Assembly: GCA_035084275.1 (NCBI GenBank)
Contig: CM068746.1
Coordinates: 16,864,001-16,928,000, forward strand
Source: Hydrolagus colliei
Lineage: Eukaryota
DNA length: 64,000 nt
Direction: 5' to 3'
Every line of letters begins with the position of its first letter. The stretch's first letter is position 1. The notes under the pieces were generated by a model. It saw only the letters and a list, made by a program, of their open reading frames with translations, ran no database searches and had not been told where the DNA came from. This document shows positions 26,159 to 38,566 of this stretch, one piece after another. The position numbers were made by a program, and so were the translations under genes.

Positions 26159-27949
26159 AATGGGCCTGTTGCAGACTATAACTGCAAACATTATCCCCAG
26201 TGTGAATCGAATGTGAATGCTTTAGGTCTTCAATGAGCTGGAATAAATGGTAAATACTGTATACCTGAGCACAAGGAGATGTAGTTATAGTCCAGCCTAA
26301 TGATAAGGCTGTTATTGGGGGAGGGGTAGGTGCGTGGGGGAACAGCTGTAAAATACCAACATGCCTAACAACAGGCATGTTGTAGATTCCCCTCTCGTTG
26401 CTCATGCACACAGTTGACAAGTTAACTTCCTACATGCCTTCCTAGTGGGGTTTTTTTAAAAGTCCAACTTCCAGGTCAGCAGATCGCCATCCACATCACT
26501 TCCTATCTACCATGCAGGAAATGATATCAACATCAACCCGATGACCAGGAAGTCATACATCTCAGTGAGGGAGCTGGCCAGCCTTGCAGCTATATGAATG
26601 GGGTCTTACACTTTGCCGGCACTCGAAGCTACACATGTTTATAAGGAATTGCTTTTTTTAAGGGGTTGCACTGTAATAGTCACACATTCTAGCTGGACAG
26701 CCATGTTGGAATTGTCAGTGGAATCAAATTGGATGATGTGCGCCAACAAAAAAAGGGGGCCTCGCACATCTAACTAAACGTTAGCTTTTAAAGAAACCAC
26801 AAAGGCTATTGCTGGATTTTCTGTAACATCGAATATAGTTTGGAGTAAATAGAGATCCATCAGAAATACAGGAAGTGGCAAACCTCATCCAGTTTGAAAA
26901 TCCTTTCATGGGTTTTTAAAAAAAAAAACAGGGCAGTGTTTGTATGTGTTCATGGGTAAAGGTGATGGAGAAGCAGAAACAATGGCTAGTTGTTTTTTTT
27001 AACTTCACCTAAAGGCAGATTTTTTAACTTCACCCCATGAAGACAATGTTCCTTTAGTATTCAGCACAGGATAGATTGTAGTTTCTAACCTGTGCTTTTG
27101 GCGAGCGGGCTTCTGTAAATGGCAACGTTATGTCAACACGAGATTACAAGTGAAAGAGCAACCGACTTTCAATAACTACAAGATTTAATAGAAAAGGAAA
27201 TACATCAGGAACGACCATGAGTTAACAGGACAAAACCTGTTCATGCTATTATGCAATAACAATTCAAACAACTTTCCACAGAACTTTTAATTGAGCACCA
27301 AACACCTCAGACTCATGGAGACAGCTGTCCTGCATTGCAACACACATTCAAGTGTGCGCCTATGCTTTGAATTGTCTTCACTAAAATTAAATGAGAGGAA
27401 ATTTTCACATTTATTTTGAAGCCATGGTATAAATAGAGCACTCAGTGGGAAACTGTGTAATACCATTTTTAACCCACTGGTCAGAGATCACTTATAACTA
27501 CAGTACACTACTTCATGATTTCATCCCTTGAGTATGTGTTCCTCCTCGTTCACACGATTAAAAATAATATTCCACCCTTCGCCTCTTTAAGAGGGTACAA
27601 AAAAAGCAAAATTCCTGAAGTGCCAATCTGTGTTGATGAATCATAAGATTTTTTTTTTAAAACTTGCTATTCCTGCCTCCCTCTATGGTGCAGTAAATCT
27701 ATCTATGAGTAGTTGATCCTGTCTAGGTTCCATTTCCAGTTTGCACTGTTAACCAATCCCACTAGAGTGCTACAATTAGCCCCGTTGCCCCAGGTTTGGC
27801 AGGAAAATTCTCATAACAGAATGCTATCTAGCGCACCCTGTTGGTTAATCCAACAACAACAAATTACATTTGTGGAGTGTCTTTCATGAGGATGTCCCAA
27901 GGCACTGATTGTGTTCAGCAGCGATTCCTAGAGTGGAATAATCAAAGAG

Positions 27950-28200
27950 ACGTAAGAAAACTGGAGGAAGTTATTTAGCCCATGAAGCATGTTCTACCAG
28001 GTTATTAGAGTTTGGCAGATTTTCCAATCCCAATGAGCTGCCCTTTAGTTTACTCCCATATTGCCAACTACCCAAGTATCTGTCCATCTCTCCTTCAGAC
28101 ATCACCATTGATTCCACCTCTTCAGCTTCCTGGGGCAGAGCATTCCACAACTTCACCACCATCTGCCTGAAGAAACCCTTCCAATAATTGGCTTCAATCA
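27950..28200 (-). mobile_element. CR1 LINE 3' fragment
   Basis: ORF 27971-28201 reads FFRQMVVKLWNALPQEA.EVES......MDRYL, a typical CR1 ORF2 C-terminus. Confidence 0.75.
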
Positions 28201-28209
28201 TTGTTTCAG

Positions 28210-28420
28210 ATTCTGATTGCTATCCAGAGACCTCCTCCTGGAAGATCCAGATGTACAGATATCAGGTGAGGACAGGATAGAGCTTGGCAGTCAAGTAGCT
28301 TGGAGATACTTACTGCCAAAACTCAGATGTGAGTTATAGTTTCTCAGGCAAGGTACCAGGTGGTAGGTACCTATGAAAATGTGCTCCAAAGGAGGAAAAA
28401 TAATCCTTGGGAAAGGAAGA
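28210..28420 (+). mobile_element. LF-SINE-like relic (3' part)
   Basis: tgattgctatccagagacc...ggtgaggacaggat...gcaaggtacc resembles an LF-SINE-like consensus recalled from memory. Confidence 0.45.
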
Positions 28421-28799
28421 GGAATGCAAATTAGAAGAGAGGAATTGGCATTTTTATTTTTTTAAAAAAAACTAAAATTGTACCAAAAACCCACATCACA
28501 AATGTTTGTGTTGTACCACAGATCCCACATCAGCTGTAACACAAACATACCCGGAGGCAGTGCAGCAGCCACAAGTTGAAATTTTCAGAGAAAGTTGTTC
28601 TCAACTTTGGGTGGAATTAAACTGGATTCAGATCTATCCAGAAAGTGACAATGTCCTTTAAACCCATAAGGCATATGGCAAACACACCCAATAAATGGTT
28701 ATAAACTGCACAACCCAATCTAAAATCGGTGTACAAAACTTTTTGAAGTTACAACAGTTAATTATCACATATTAAAGCAACCAGTCTGCTCCCTCTGCT

Positions 28800-29110
28800 C
28801 TACAGGCACTGGCCAGCTCCGTATCTTTTGCCTGTTCAACTATCTGCTGTTGGGCCTTCAGCCTTTCTGCTCCCACCCTCTGGAATTCCATTGTGGAGCC
28901 CCTCCACCTGGCCCACCCGCTCCTTCATCTCCTTCAACACCCAGCTAGAGACCTTCCTTTTGACCCAGCCTTCAGTCAACATCCCTCCTCCATACCCCTT
29001 GCCCTCTAACCCTCTCTGATCCCAACCTGCAGCTCAGGTGCAAACCTATCATTGCTTTGGGACATCCTGCAGATATGATAAATGCTACATAAATTGCATT
29101 TGTTGTTGTT
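28800..29110 (+). mobile_element. L2 LINE 3' fragment
   Basis: Similar to the other L2 ends; TTG tail. Confidence 0.8.
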
Positions 29111-29134
29111 GAAGAAATGGCGTTGATGATAATA

Positions 29135-29742
29135 ATACCAATAATAATTCTTACATTTGATATAGCACCTTTTATGTTAGGAGGACATCCCAAAGTGCTT
29201 CACAGGATATTCTGTAAAGTTTTGCATCTGTGTATTGTTTATGTCATTTGGCCAACAAAATAAATGTTCTTGATTAAGTATTTCTTGATTCATGCCATAA
29301 AGCAATAAGAAAAGACTGAAAATGCATTAATGATTGAACATGGACTTACCTAGACACATGCAAATGTTCAGGAAGCCGACTTCTTGATAGTCCCAGGTTG
29401 GCCATCACTGGTGAACGAGAAACCATTTTATACACAGAAACATCTCACAAACAGCCGTGAAGTGAATGACCAGTTTGATCTGGGGGATTGTTGGCCAGGA
29501 CACAGGGAGAAATTGCCTTCTCTTTTCTAATAGTGCCCATGGGATTTTTATCTTCCCTCCAACACCCAGACAGGACCTTGGTTTTACTCCCGTCCAAAGG
29601 GAGGCCATCTCAAATAATATAGTACTGCACCAGCACTGCACTGCAGTGTCAATTTGAGATTATATGAGTTCAAAGTCATGACACAGGGTTTGAATCCACA
29701 ATCGTCTCACTCATGGGCGAGATGTCTAGCAACTGAGCCAGG
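29135..29742 (-). mobile_element. Older Deu-type SINE; tail 29135-29222 and body/head 29410-29742 may be one interrupted copy
   Basis: Deu-like body, tRNA-like head and L2-type tail. Confidence 0.6.
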
Positions 29743-30309
29743 CCGGAATTTAAAGGGATTCACATGAGAATAGGAAAGAGGAGAAAATACAGTGGAGGAA
29801 AAATGATGATGAGGCCAATGCACGTAAGTTATCAACACGATTATTTTTAGTTCTAACTATGAATTGTTCAACTTATTTTGGTGGGGCTGGGTTAATATTG
29901 CTGTGATAAAGCTGTCCTGATATCACAGTAATTATTGTAATTTTTTTCAGATACACAGTGAGCAAGCTGAAATTATGCAGGTGGTCTAGTTGGCCACAGA
30001 GACAAGAATCTCTGCAGAGCAACAAGCAGTTTGACTGCTGAAAAAGAGCATGAAATTGTAACTTATGCAGTTGTGTCCACATGACCAAGATTGTCAGAGA
30101 CTGAGAATCCAATCAATCTGTTTTTAGCCTAACCTCAGCACACCAACCTGCAGCTGGTTGACATGAAATTAAAGTGTCTGTGCATTTATTGATTTTATGT
30201 CAGTGTCTTTCAAGATAGTGTCAGATGTGTGCATGAGACAGATTGTGGATGTAGCACAGTGTCAGAGTCCACATGATGATTCCATCCGCCTATTGACGTC
30301 CCAAAGGAG

Positions 30310-30674
30310 TCCTCTAGTTTTGGTTAGAGCACTCTCTTCACAATCGAGCGGACTTGTGTTCAATTCCTGGACACTTGCCTCTGTTTACCTAGCAGTACAT
30401 AGGAACCCAGTTGTTAAATCAATTGGTGGATCGCTTTTTGGGGGGAATAATCCCTCAAAAAAAGTTTTGTCACTCAATTCTGACTGTTTGTGAAAAACTG
30501 CTGTGCGCAATTGATTGCCGTATTTTGCCCACAAAATATGCAGTGGGCATATTTTGTGGGCATATGCTCTAAGTGGGCAAAAATTTGCCCACTTAGAGCA
30601 TATTCTATAAAATGCTTTGAGACATGTCAATAATGTGATAAGGGACTATATCAAATGCAGCAATTAATATTATT
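30310..30674 (+). mobile_element. tRNA-derived SINE, long subfamily, with an internal double fold-back insertion
   Basis: Carries the extra segment gcctctgtttacctagcagtacataggaacccag; two perfect hairpins at 30526-30603. Confidence 0.85.
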
Positions 30675-30714
30675 ACAATGATTGTCATGAACCAGATTCT
30701 AACTAATGCTTCCT

Positions 30715-31030
30715 CCATTCAGCAAGTTTCGGCCCGCTCCATGTCTCCCGCCCGAACCGCCCTACCAGCAGCGGCCGGGCCTTCAGCCTCTCTGTCCCTA
30801 CGCTTTGGAATTCCCTCCCACAAGCCCTTCACCTTGTCTCCTTCAAGATCAGTCTCAAGATCCTTCTCTTCGACCTAACCTTCAATCGCCCTCCTACCTC
30901 TCTGCCCTCTCTTATCCCAACCCTGCCCCCTATCCACCTCTTGATCGGGTTCTGATCCCTGATTGTTCAGCAACTTGAGATGTCCTCCCGACGTGAAAAG
31001 CGCTCTACAAATGTAATTTTGTTGTTGTTG
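30715..31030 (+). mobile_element. L2 LINE 3' fragment
   Basis: Stem-loop gatgtcctcccgacgtgaaaagcgct and TTG tail. Confidence 0.88.
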
Positions 31031-31774
31031 TAGGCATAGTGTGAACTTCTGTGAGAAAGAGAATGGAAAAAAGAAGACATGCAGTCCTCATGTCTAAGAA
31101 AACTGGTTGTGAACTACAGTACTGTATAACAATTTTTGGGCCCCTATACAATTTAATTCTGTGCCCTGGCTCTTTATATACAGTACACAGGAAAGTTATT
31201 AAACTGACCTTTGAAATTCTAAGGACACTTGCTTTTTGTTTCAAGCAGATTTCCGCCTCTGTTATTAAGGAACACAAAATTTCATGTACTTTTTAAGTAC
31301 TGTCTGATTGCAAAACAGATTATTGATGGCAAATGGGATCTCCGACCTTAACATTGGAAATCAGACAATAAGGAGAAAACTGTAATTTCTTCACAGCTTG
31401 AGAAGAGCCAAAGCTTTCAGATTTATAACTGTAAATACTCGGAAACCTGCAGTTTGGAAACAAAGTCAGGGCACACGCTCAATAACATCACTCAAATATA
31501 AAGAGCAGTGACTGCCAAGACACTACTTAGAATCCAATAACAGTCCGACTACTCGTACCTCAGCTCTGATAACAACACTGTCTTGTAGCTTTGACAGCTG
31601 ATGGCTATGTTATACTGGGAAACTCTCTTTGCAGTATTATGTTAATCCAATAGTTTGCAGATCTATTTGTAAATTTGTTATGCTGTTGTGCCTAATGTAC
31701 AGTTGTTGTTTCACAAACATTAACTCATCCAAACCATGCCTAGTGCGGGCACAATGGTGTCTGGACAGTACATT

Positions 31775-32135
31775 ACAAAATTACATTTGTAAAGCGCCTT
31801 TGACATCAGGAGGTCGACCCAAGGGGCAGGGGGAGTGGGGTTGATCAGGAAGGGTGGCGGGTGGAGAGGGTAGGAGGGTGGCAAAGGCACAGTTGAAGAA
31901 GGGTCTTGACACATGCCTTTGAAGGCAGGAGACAAGGGAGAGAACGAGGCAAACTGAGTGGTATGGAGTTGCAGATGGTGAGGCCGAAGCCTGCTGAGCG
32001 GAGGTATCAAGCAGGTTGATAACAGATTAGCAGGTCGAAGAGGTAGGAGGGGCAAGGCCGTGGAGGGTCTTGAAGATGAAGACGAGGATTTTGAACTCGA
32101 TCCTCTGAGGGATGGGGAGCCAGTGGAGCTGGGTC
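31775..32135 (-). mobile_element. L2 LINE 3' fragment with internal deletions
   Basis: ORF fragment LHWLPIPQRIEFKILVFIFKTLHGLAP plus tail. Confidence 0.85.
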
Positions 32136-33755
32136 TGTTCTTCATTGTCTATGCTTCTATGCTGCTGTGCTTTAATCAGTTCTCCGATACACTTAGAAAC
32201 AGATGATCTGCTAAACTGCAATATTCAGAAATATGGCATACGCTAAGATCCAGTACAGGAAATGACTGCTTTACCAAAGCGGAACATTGTAAGAAATATG
32301 AGGTGCAGGTGATCGAATCCTTATACTGTACATCTCAACACAGGCTGGAGAATAAATTGTCCAATTAACCAGGTCTGTGGTAAATGTCTCAGAGCAGCCT
32401 CTTTACAGTTCTCAACACTGAGCTCAAATGATACAAAGTGCAATGGACAACAAATAATAAAGCAAAGCAGCAACAGTGTCTGAAAATGTACTCACTTGTA
32501 GACAGAGACAGGGTTTATCGCAATACTGTACTGAATTAATTTATATCGAGAAGATTCAGCAAGATAATAATGGTTTCTAATAAGACTAGATGTGCCATTG
32601 GACAAATTAATCTCTCCACCCAACTCCCTAAAATATTATTTTAACACATCTATCAGATTACTCAATAAACCTGAATTTTTTTAAATTTCCAGGACCATGT
32701 CCAGTTCATTTTGAAACCCTTTATAAATTTTGAAGAGTTAATTTAATTTCCCACTTTTCCCTTTGGCGCACAGATGTTGCTTTGCAATAAATATGTGGTG
32801 TGTAAGGCTGTCATACCAGTATGGGTAATTTTTTCTCAACCTGCTTTCCCCCAACTTCAGAAGGGAGATCAAAGCTTTCTGTTGTTTTTCAGCCATAGCC
32901 CTAAGGTTAACCTCGTCCCTGACTAGCAATGCTGCTTTCTGCTTATTAAAAAAAACACCCCCCATTTTGCCTTCCAGATGGTTTATGAAGTGACCTTCCT
33001 TTATCAATAAGATCAGACACACCAGCAGCATCAAGACATAATAAGGTATTGATCATAAAATTACATTTGTATAAAAATATATAATGTGTGCAACACAGAA
33101 TATAATGCAATGTACCATGCCCAATATGAATGCATTTATGTACTGTCAGCATTGGATATAGTATTTAACAGTACATTACATACTGTATGAGGGTTTGCAC
33201 AGTGTATGGTATAAAAGAGTACATTGTATACATTTTAATGTTATATAGAAAAATATTCCAATGTTATGACAGCAGCTGCTATGTGATGCAAACCTTTAAA
33301 CCTCACAACAATGCTATTTCATGCTATGTCATAGCATAAGCTCAGCACGCAGGATAAAATTGAGAATGACAACTTTAAAATAGACATCAGATCATATTGC
33401 AACTTCTCTTGTTTGTCTGGAAATATATCAAATGCTGACATCAATCAAGTTGGAACACATGACATCCTCACCTGCGTGGAAATCACCGAAAAACGAATGC
33501 ACAGCAGTGCTGGCTCTTCTGCTAAAACAACAGTCTGTCAAATAGTTTCTCATGAAGATAGTGTCCCTTTAATGTCTTCATCTCTGTGAGACTTCCTATT
33601 TGAGCCACGTGTGAAGCAGATGGGTTCTTCATACAATATACTTTATGGTACCAGATGACTGTCACTGAACTGACTACAAAGTTGTAATTGATGGTTTAAT
33701 TTTTCGAAACACAATGGACTTTTATCTGTACAACATAATCAGGATGGATGTATGT

Positions 33756-34057
33756 GGAGTCCTGCAGCTCAGTGGTTAGAGCACTTGCCTTACTAGTGAG
33801 AGACCCAGGTTCGATTCCAGGCAGGGTGAAGCTTTGCACAAGTTTCCTTACTCCACACGCCTGATAATAATCCCTCGATAAAAACAATAATAAATTAGTA
33901 ATTTCAATCCACGACTGTTTGTGGGAGACGGCTGTGTGCAATTCACTGCTGCGATTTGCCACCAAATAAACAGTCAATTTATTTTACAGTATATTCTGTG
34001 AAACACTTTGAGATGTCTATAAGATGTGAAAAGCGCTATATCAAATGTAAGGATTAT
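33756..34057 (+). mobile_element. Full-length tRNA-derived SINE, short subfamily
   Basis: Box A agctcagtggttagagc, box B ggttcgattcc, standard body and tail. Confidence 0.92.
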
Positions 34058-34656
34058 GTACTTATGTACTTCCAATTTCTATATTTTCCGTATAACCTGG
34101 AGTTTGTTGTGTGAATGTAAGTGACGTTCACAGAATGAGAGCCAAAGAGTAGATTCATTCACTTCCACTTCTAAGATTTGTTAACTTTCTTGGATCAAAC
34201 ACGTGTTTCGGAGCTGCCATCGTTTAGAAATGGATGTTTCAGAAATGCAGAACACTACTGTATGTTGTTCTTGCAGTTTGTGTGCATACCTATTGCTATA
34301 TATAAGGCATATACAATGATGTTTACATAAAACGTTCAGAATTATTCCATGTACCGATAACTGCACCATAATTGCAATAATTTTCCTTCTGAGCAGCATT
34401 TACTCCTCATCCAGAAAGGTTATTTCCTTGTACACTCTTAAATTCATATACCATAAAACAATATGCTTATCTTGGCATTACTCTGAAACTATAGTTTTAT
34501 CAGTTTTCCTATCAACATTCACTTAGGGTAACACATACCCACCCATTTGTAGAATAAAATATGCCACTAAATCTGTCAAGGTCATATATTTTCTTCAACA
34601 TGAATTTGTTTCACCCATTTTGATTTCTGACATCTTTACCTGGATTTTTATATGTG

Positions 34657-35010
34657 ATAATAATTATCCTTGCATTTGATATAGTCCCGTATCATCTTGA
34701 CGAAACAGCTCAAAACACTTTACAGTATTTTCTGTCAAGCATAACTATTGTGCGCTTGTAGTCGAATGCAGCAGCCAATATGCACACACCAATATAGCAT
34801 AAACAGCCATTTAGGTGAACGTCCAATGTTTTTTCCGAAGCTTTATTAGAAACGACAGCGGGAGAATCTCCTTTCGCATTTTGAAAGCAGCATGAGATCT
34901 TTAATATCTACTTGAATACATCAGACCTTAACATTTCATCTGAAGGATGGCACCTCTGACAATGCAGACCTTCTCCAGCACTGTACTCGATTGTCATCCT
35001 AGACTATCTA
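34657..35010 (-). mobile_element. Older Deu-type SINE
   Basis: TTA tail plus a Deu-like body (tcatctgaaggatggcacctctgacaatgcag). Confidence 0.6.
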
Positions 35011-37064
35011 AGAGGATCCAACTTTTCCCTTGTCCAACTGCATGCAAGTCTGAGTCTTCCTGGTCAAAGTCTAAAGTTTAGGGTAACAGTGCAAAGCACA
35101 CAGGCGTGGAATTATTCACAAGCAGGTGGGGCTCCTCAACTGAAATTATCTGGAATTATTTCAATGTTGAGGCTACTTTGCTTTTGTTCAATACATCCTA
35201 AGCTATGTAAGTTTCTGAATAGGATGAAGAGTAACTGCTCTAATACATTCACATGTATTCATCAAATATAGTTTGACAGACTCCATCTTATGTTACCCAA
35301 GAACTCTGAGTCTTCTATCGTTGCTCTTGACAATCCAACTCACAAATAGGATGAGGGACCTCCCTTCATAGGAGCGAGTCTATGGAAATGGACAAAATGT
35401 CCATTTCCCTCATATCTTCCAGATGTCTAAAACTAAATGTGGGCATGGATCGCGGTGACTCTTTTGTATAGAAATATATCTGAGGAGATGTTTTGTCCAA
35501 AACCTACCTTATATGTTACTACGGAGGGTGTTATCTTGTTGTAAAATTTGTCATTCAAAACAACCCAACCTCCATATTCTATGAGGTTCTTTATCGCAAG
35601 ACTATTATCTTATTAGGTTACAAATTCTATAGCGTTCTATCAACAAGAGATCAAAGACATTGAGGCTGAAAACTGCTAATTTCTGGATTACCAGGAGTGT
35701 CGTTGAGACCAGGAGGCTGGAAAGATGATAAAGTGAATATTCTCGAAGGATGAATTCAAATGGGCCAAAGGACTTTCTTCAATCATCATACATCTATTGT
35801 GACTTGAATTCCTTTATTGCTACTGAACACTGACACTCATCCATTTAACCACTGCAATATATATGAACTATGGTTTCACTCATTGAACTTGCAAATGATT
35901 CATGTGACAGACATCAATTGGTAACCATCACACACAAATATTACAGAGAGAACTTGCATTTGCTCCTGTCACAAGTCACCAAGGCAAAATAAAAGGAGCC
36001 AAAACTGAATGAATTGACTGTTGTAAGCTTCACAGCACATATCGTTGGAAAAAAACAAAAACCTTGGAGCAGATTCAAAGCTGTAATCTCATCTAGGAAT
36101 TCATATGAAACTTATAAACTGAAAGAGCGATAAGACTTCTGCTTTATATAATCAATCCCAACTATGTATCATTCTGTCTGCATTATTGCACACTGCCATG
36201 TAATTATTCAAGAAAACTATAAATAAAATTATATATTTATACAAGATATCCCAGTTGAAGTTGGAACTTGTTTGAAATGAGTTTCTGTCTAAGGGCAGTT
36301 TACAGACACGGCAGATTTCGAGAGCCAGTGGAGGGAGATACTGCACAGATCAACACGGGTCACTTTTTGTCATTTCTATTTCCTCAGTGCAAAGCCATTA
36401 TTATTTTGTAATAACGTCTAGCCTTTTGTTTATGGTCACAAGTTCATGTCTGAGCAGAGACTGACACGCTCACACACTCACAGATCTGCTAGATGGAGTT
36501 CTTCTCACTTAGGCAAAAATCAAAGATTATTCACATTGCATCCTGTTACCCAATGTGTCTGCACTTCATGCTTTGAAAGCTGGGTGGGGTGCAACAGGCT
36601 GCTTACTCACTGGGTCTGGGTGGAAAACTGAGCAACCACAGGACAAAATGGGATAATAACGTTACCAAGGGAGGTGAAAGTCAAGACCAAGTTTAGATCA
36701 ATAAGCTTCAGTAAATATGTTTGCATCCAGAACACTGGAAAACACCAAATAATTAAATAATTGGCTCCAAATATGATTTGGGCAGTGGGCTGTGAGTTTA
36801 GCAAATGAAAATCCAAGGAAGGTCATAATCCTTTTAAAGCTTCCATTTAGCAAATTGTAATATTTTAAACCTCTTAACGACAATTCATCGCAGCCACAAC
36901 ACACAGCTTTATTCCCTACTATTCTGGGGCCTAATGCTCGCAATTAGCTGATCCTAGTGCCATTAAATCCCCAAACTTTTAAAGGGATTACTCAATGCAC
37001 TTTGGGCTCGTGATTTAGTATTGAATTTAAACTTGGTGGTTTCAACACAGTGGCATTGAGTTAA

Positions 37065-37272
37065 AATAATAATAATAATCCTTGCAATTGGTCCTGGCAT
37101 TTCATGTCAGGAGGTCATCTCAAGCACCATTGAATTTGCTGTAAAGTGGAGGGACTGTGTGTTTGTAGGCTAACACGGCAGCCCATTTGCGCACAACAAT
37201 GTCCCACAAACAGCCATGAAGTGAATGATCAATTTATCTGGAGGATTGTTGGCAAGGACACTGGGAGAAACT
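37065..37272 (-). mobile_element. Deu-type SINE 3' half
   Basis: Similar to 29410-29520; CTCCT-loop tail. Confidence 0.65.
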
Positions 37273-37975
37273 AGAGTTAATGTGTAATCAGATATAGAGA
37301 TGCCATGTGACAGAAAGTACTCAGGATCCAATCTGAAAATGTTTAGCTTTACTGTAAAGGCAGAGTTCCCACGTTAAATAGAGAGAACAGGGTGCACACT
37401 CCAAACTAGGCAAACCATACAATTGTGGAACTCTCAGTAATTTAGTTCAGAGATGCAAATGCTGTAATTATTTTTCCTCCATGCTCCTCATCACATTTGT
37501 GAAACACTTTGAAATCTTCGTCCTACATGAAAGGCCTAAGATGAGGCCCAAGGACAAATTGTTGTTATTTAGTATCTTTGAGAGTACATCTCCAAACTGG
37601 ATTCCATGAATGACAATAGAACAACAGTAATTTCATTTTATATAGACATGTACGTAACACAACATACTGTTTACTGTTACTGTGTATAAATGAAGTTAAA
37701 GATCCTTGTCCTGGATTTCCAATACCTCAATAGCCGAGCTTCATTTTACCTTTCAAATCTTCCCCAGCCCTACATTCCATCCTACATCCTCCACTCTTCA
37801 TATGTTAGCCTATTGCCCACTCCTTCCATGATGACCAAGGCTTCATCCACCATTCCTCTGGCTTCCAAAAGCACTCTGCTGCCTTGCCACCTCTCTCCTT
37901 CCCTACACAACCTTCCTAAAATTATCTCTCTTTCAATAGCCCATTAGCCAACATCTTCAGACTTTTTATTCAATG

Positions 37976-38155
37976 AATAATAATCCTTGCGTTTAATATC
38001 GCGCTTTTCACATCATCAAGATGTCTCAAAGTGCTTCACAGAATATACTGTAAAATGAATTGACTGTATATTTGTGGACAAAACTCACCAGCCAACCGTG
38101 CACAGCAGTGTCCCATACACAGTCGTGGATTGAAATTACCAATATTATTGTTGTT
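37976..38155 (-). mobile_element. 5'-truncated tRNA-SINE
   Basis: Body and tail only. Confidence 0.85.
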
Positions 38156-38196
38156 TCCCTGGTGTCCACCATCAAATGTTTTGGTTGACAAGGTGC

Positions 38197-38440
38197 CCCA
38201 TCACCATGCTTGAGAGTATCCAGACCTAACTGAGAATTCCATGTATCCCACCTACACGTGGAAATTTCAGAGATAGATTGTTAGAATAGAATGGGCACAC
38301 TCCCTGGAGGGACACATTCTGTTTACCCAATTCCAGAAAGTATTAGGTGCATGTTGGCAAGAGCCAAGGCTTGGGGACACCAGAGTGTGCATTGGAGTAT
38401 ACCCTGGAATCTAACCAGTTAAAACTGCATAGCTTGCCAT
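38197..38440 (-). repeat. Unclassified dispersed repeat, copy B
   Basis: Reverse complement aligns to 17472-17676, with about 45 extra bp. Confidence 0.8.
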
Positions 38441-38566
38441 TGATATCACTGTGTAATTGTTAGATAAATGCAGATTGTTGCTCCCGTTAACTTCATCTTC
38501 TTTTTTGTTTGTTTTATTCACAGAATGTTCCATAGGTGGAAATTGTATTGTTTAAATACTTACAAA

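Noticed and set aside
29340-29370. Recursive splice site TAG|GTAAGT on the minus strand
   Set aside because: The polypyrimidine tract is poor and such a motif is expected by chance in 60 kb; unsupported without RNA data.
33756-33830. tRNA-Val gene
   Set aside because: It is the head of a SINE, followed by the SINE body and tail, and is repeated with mutations across the window.
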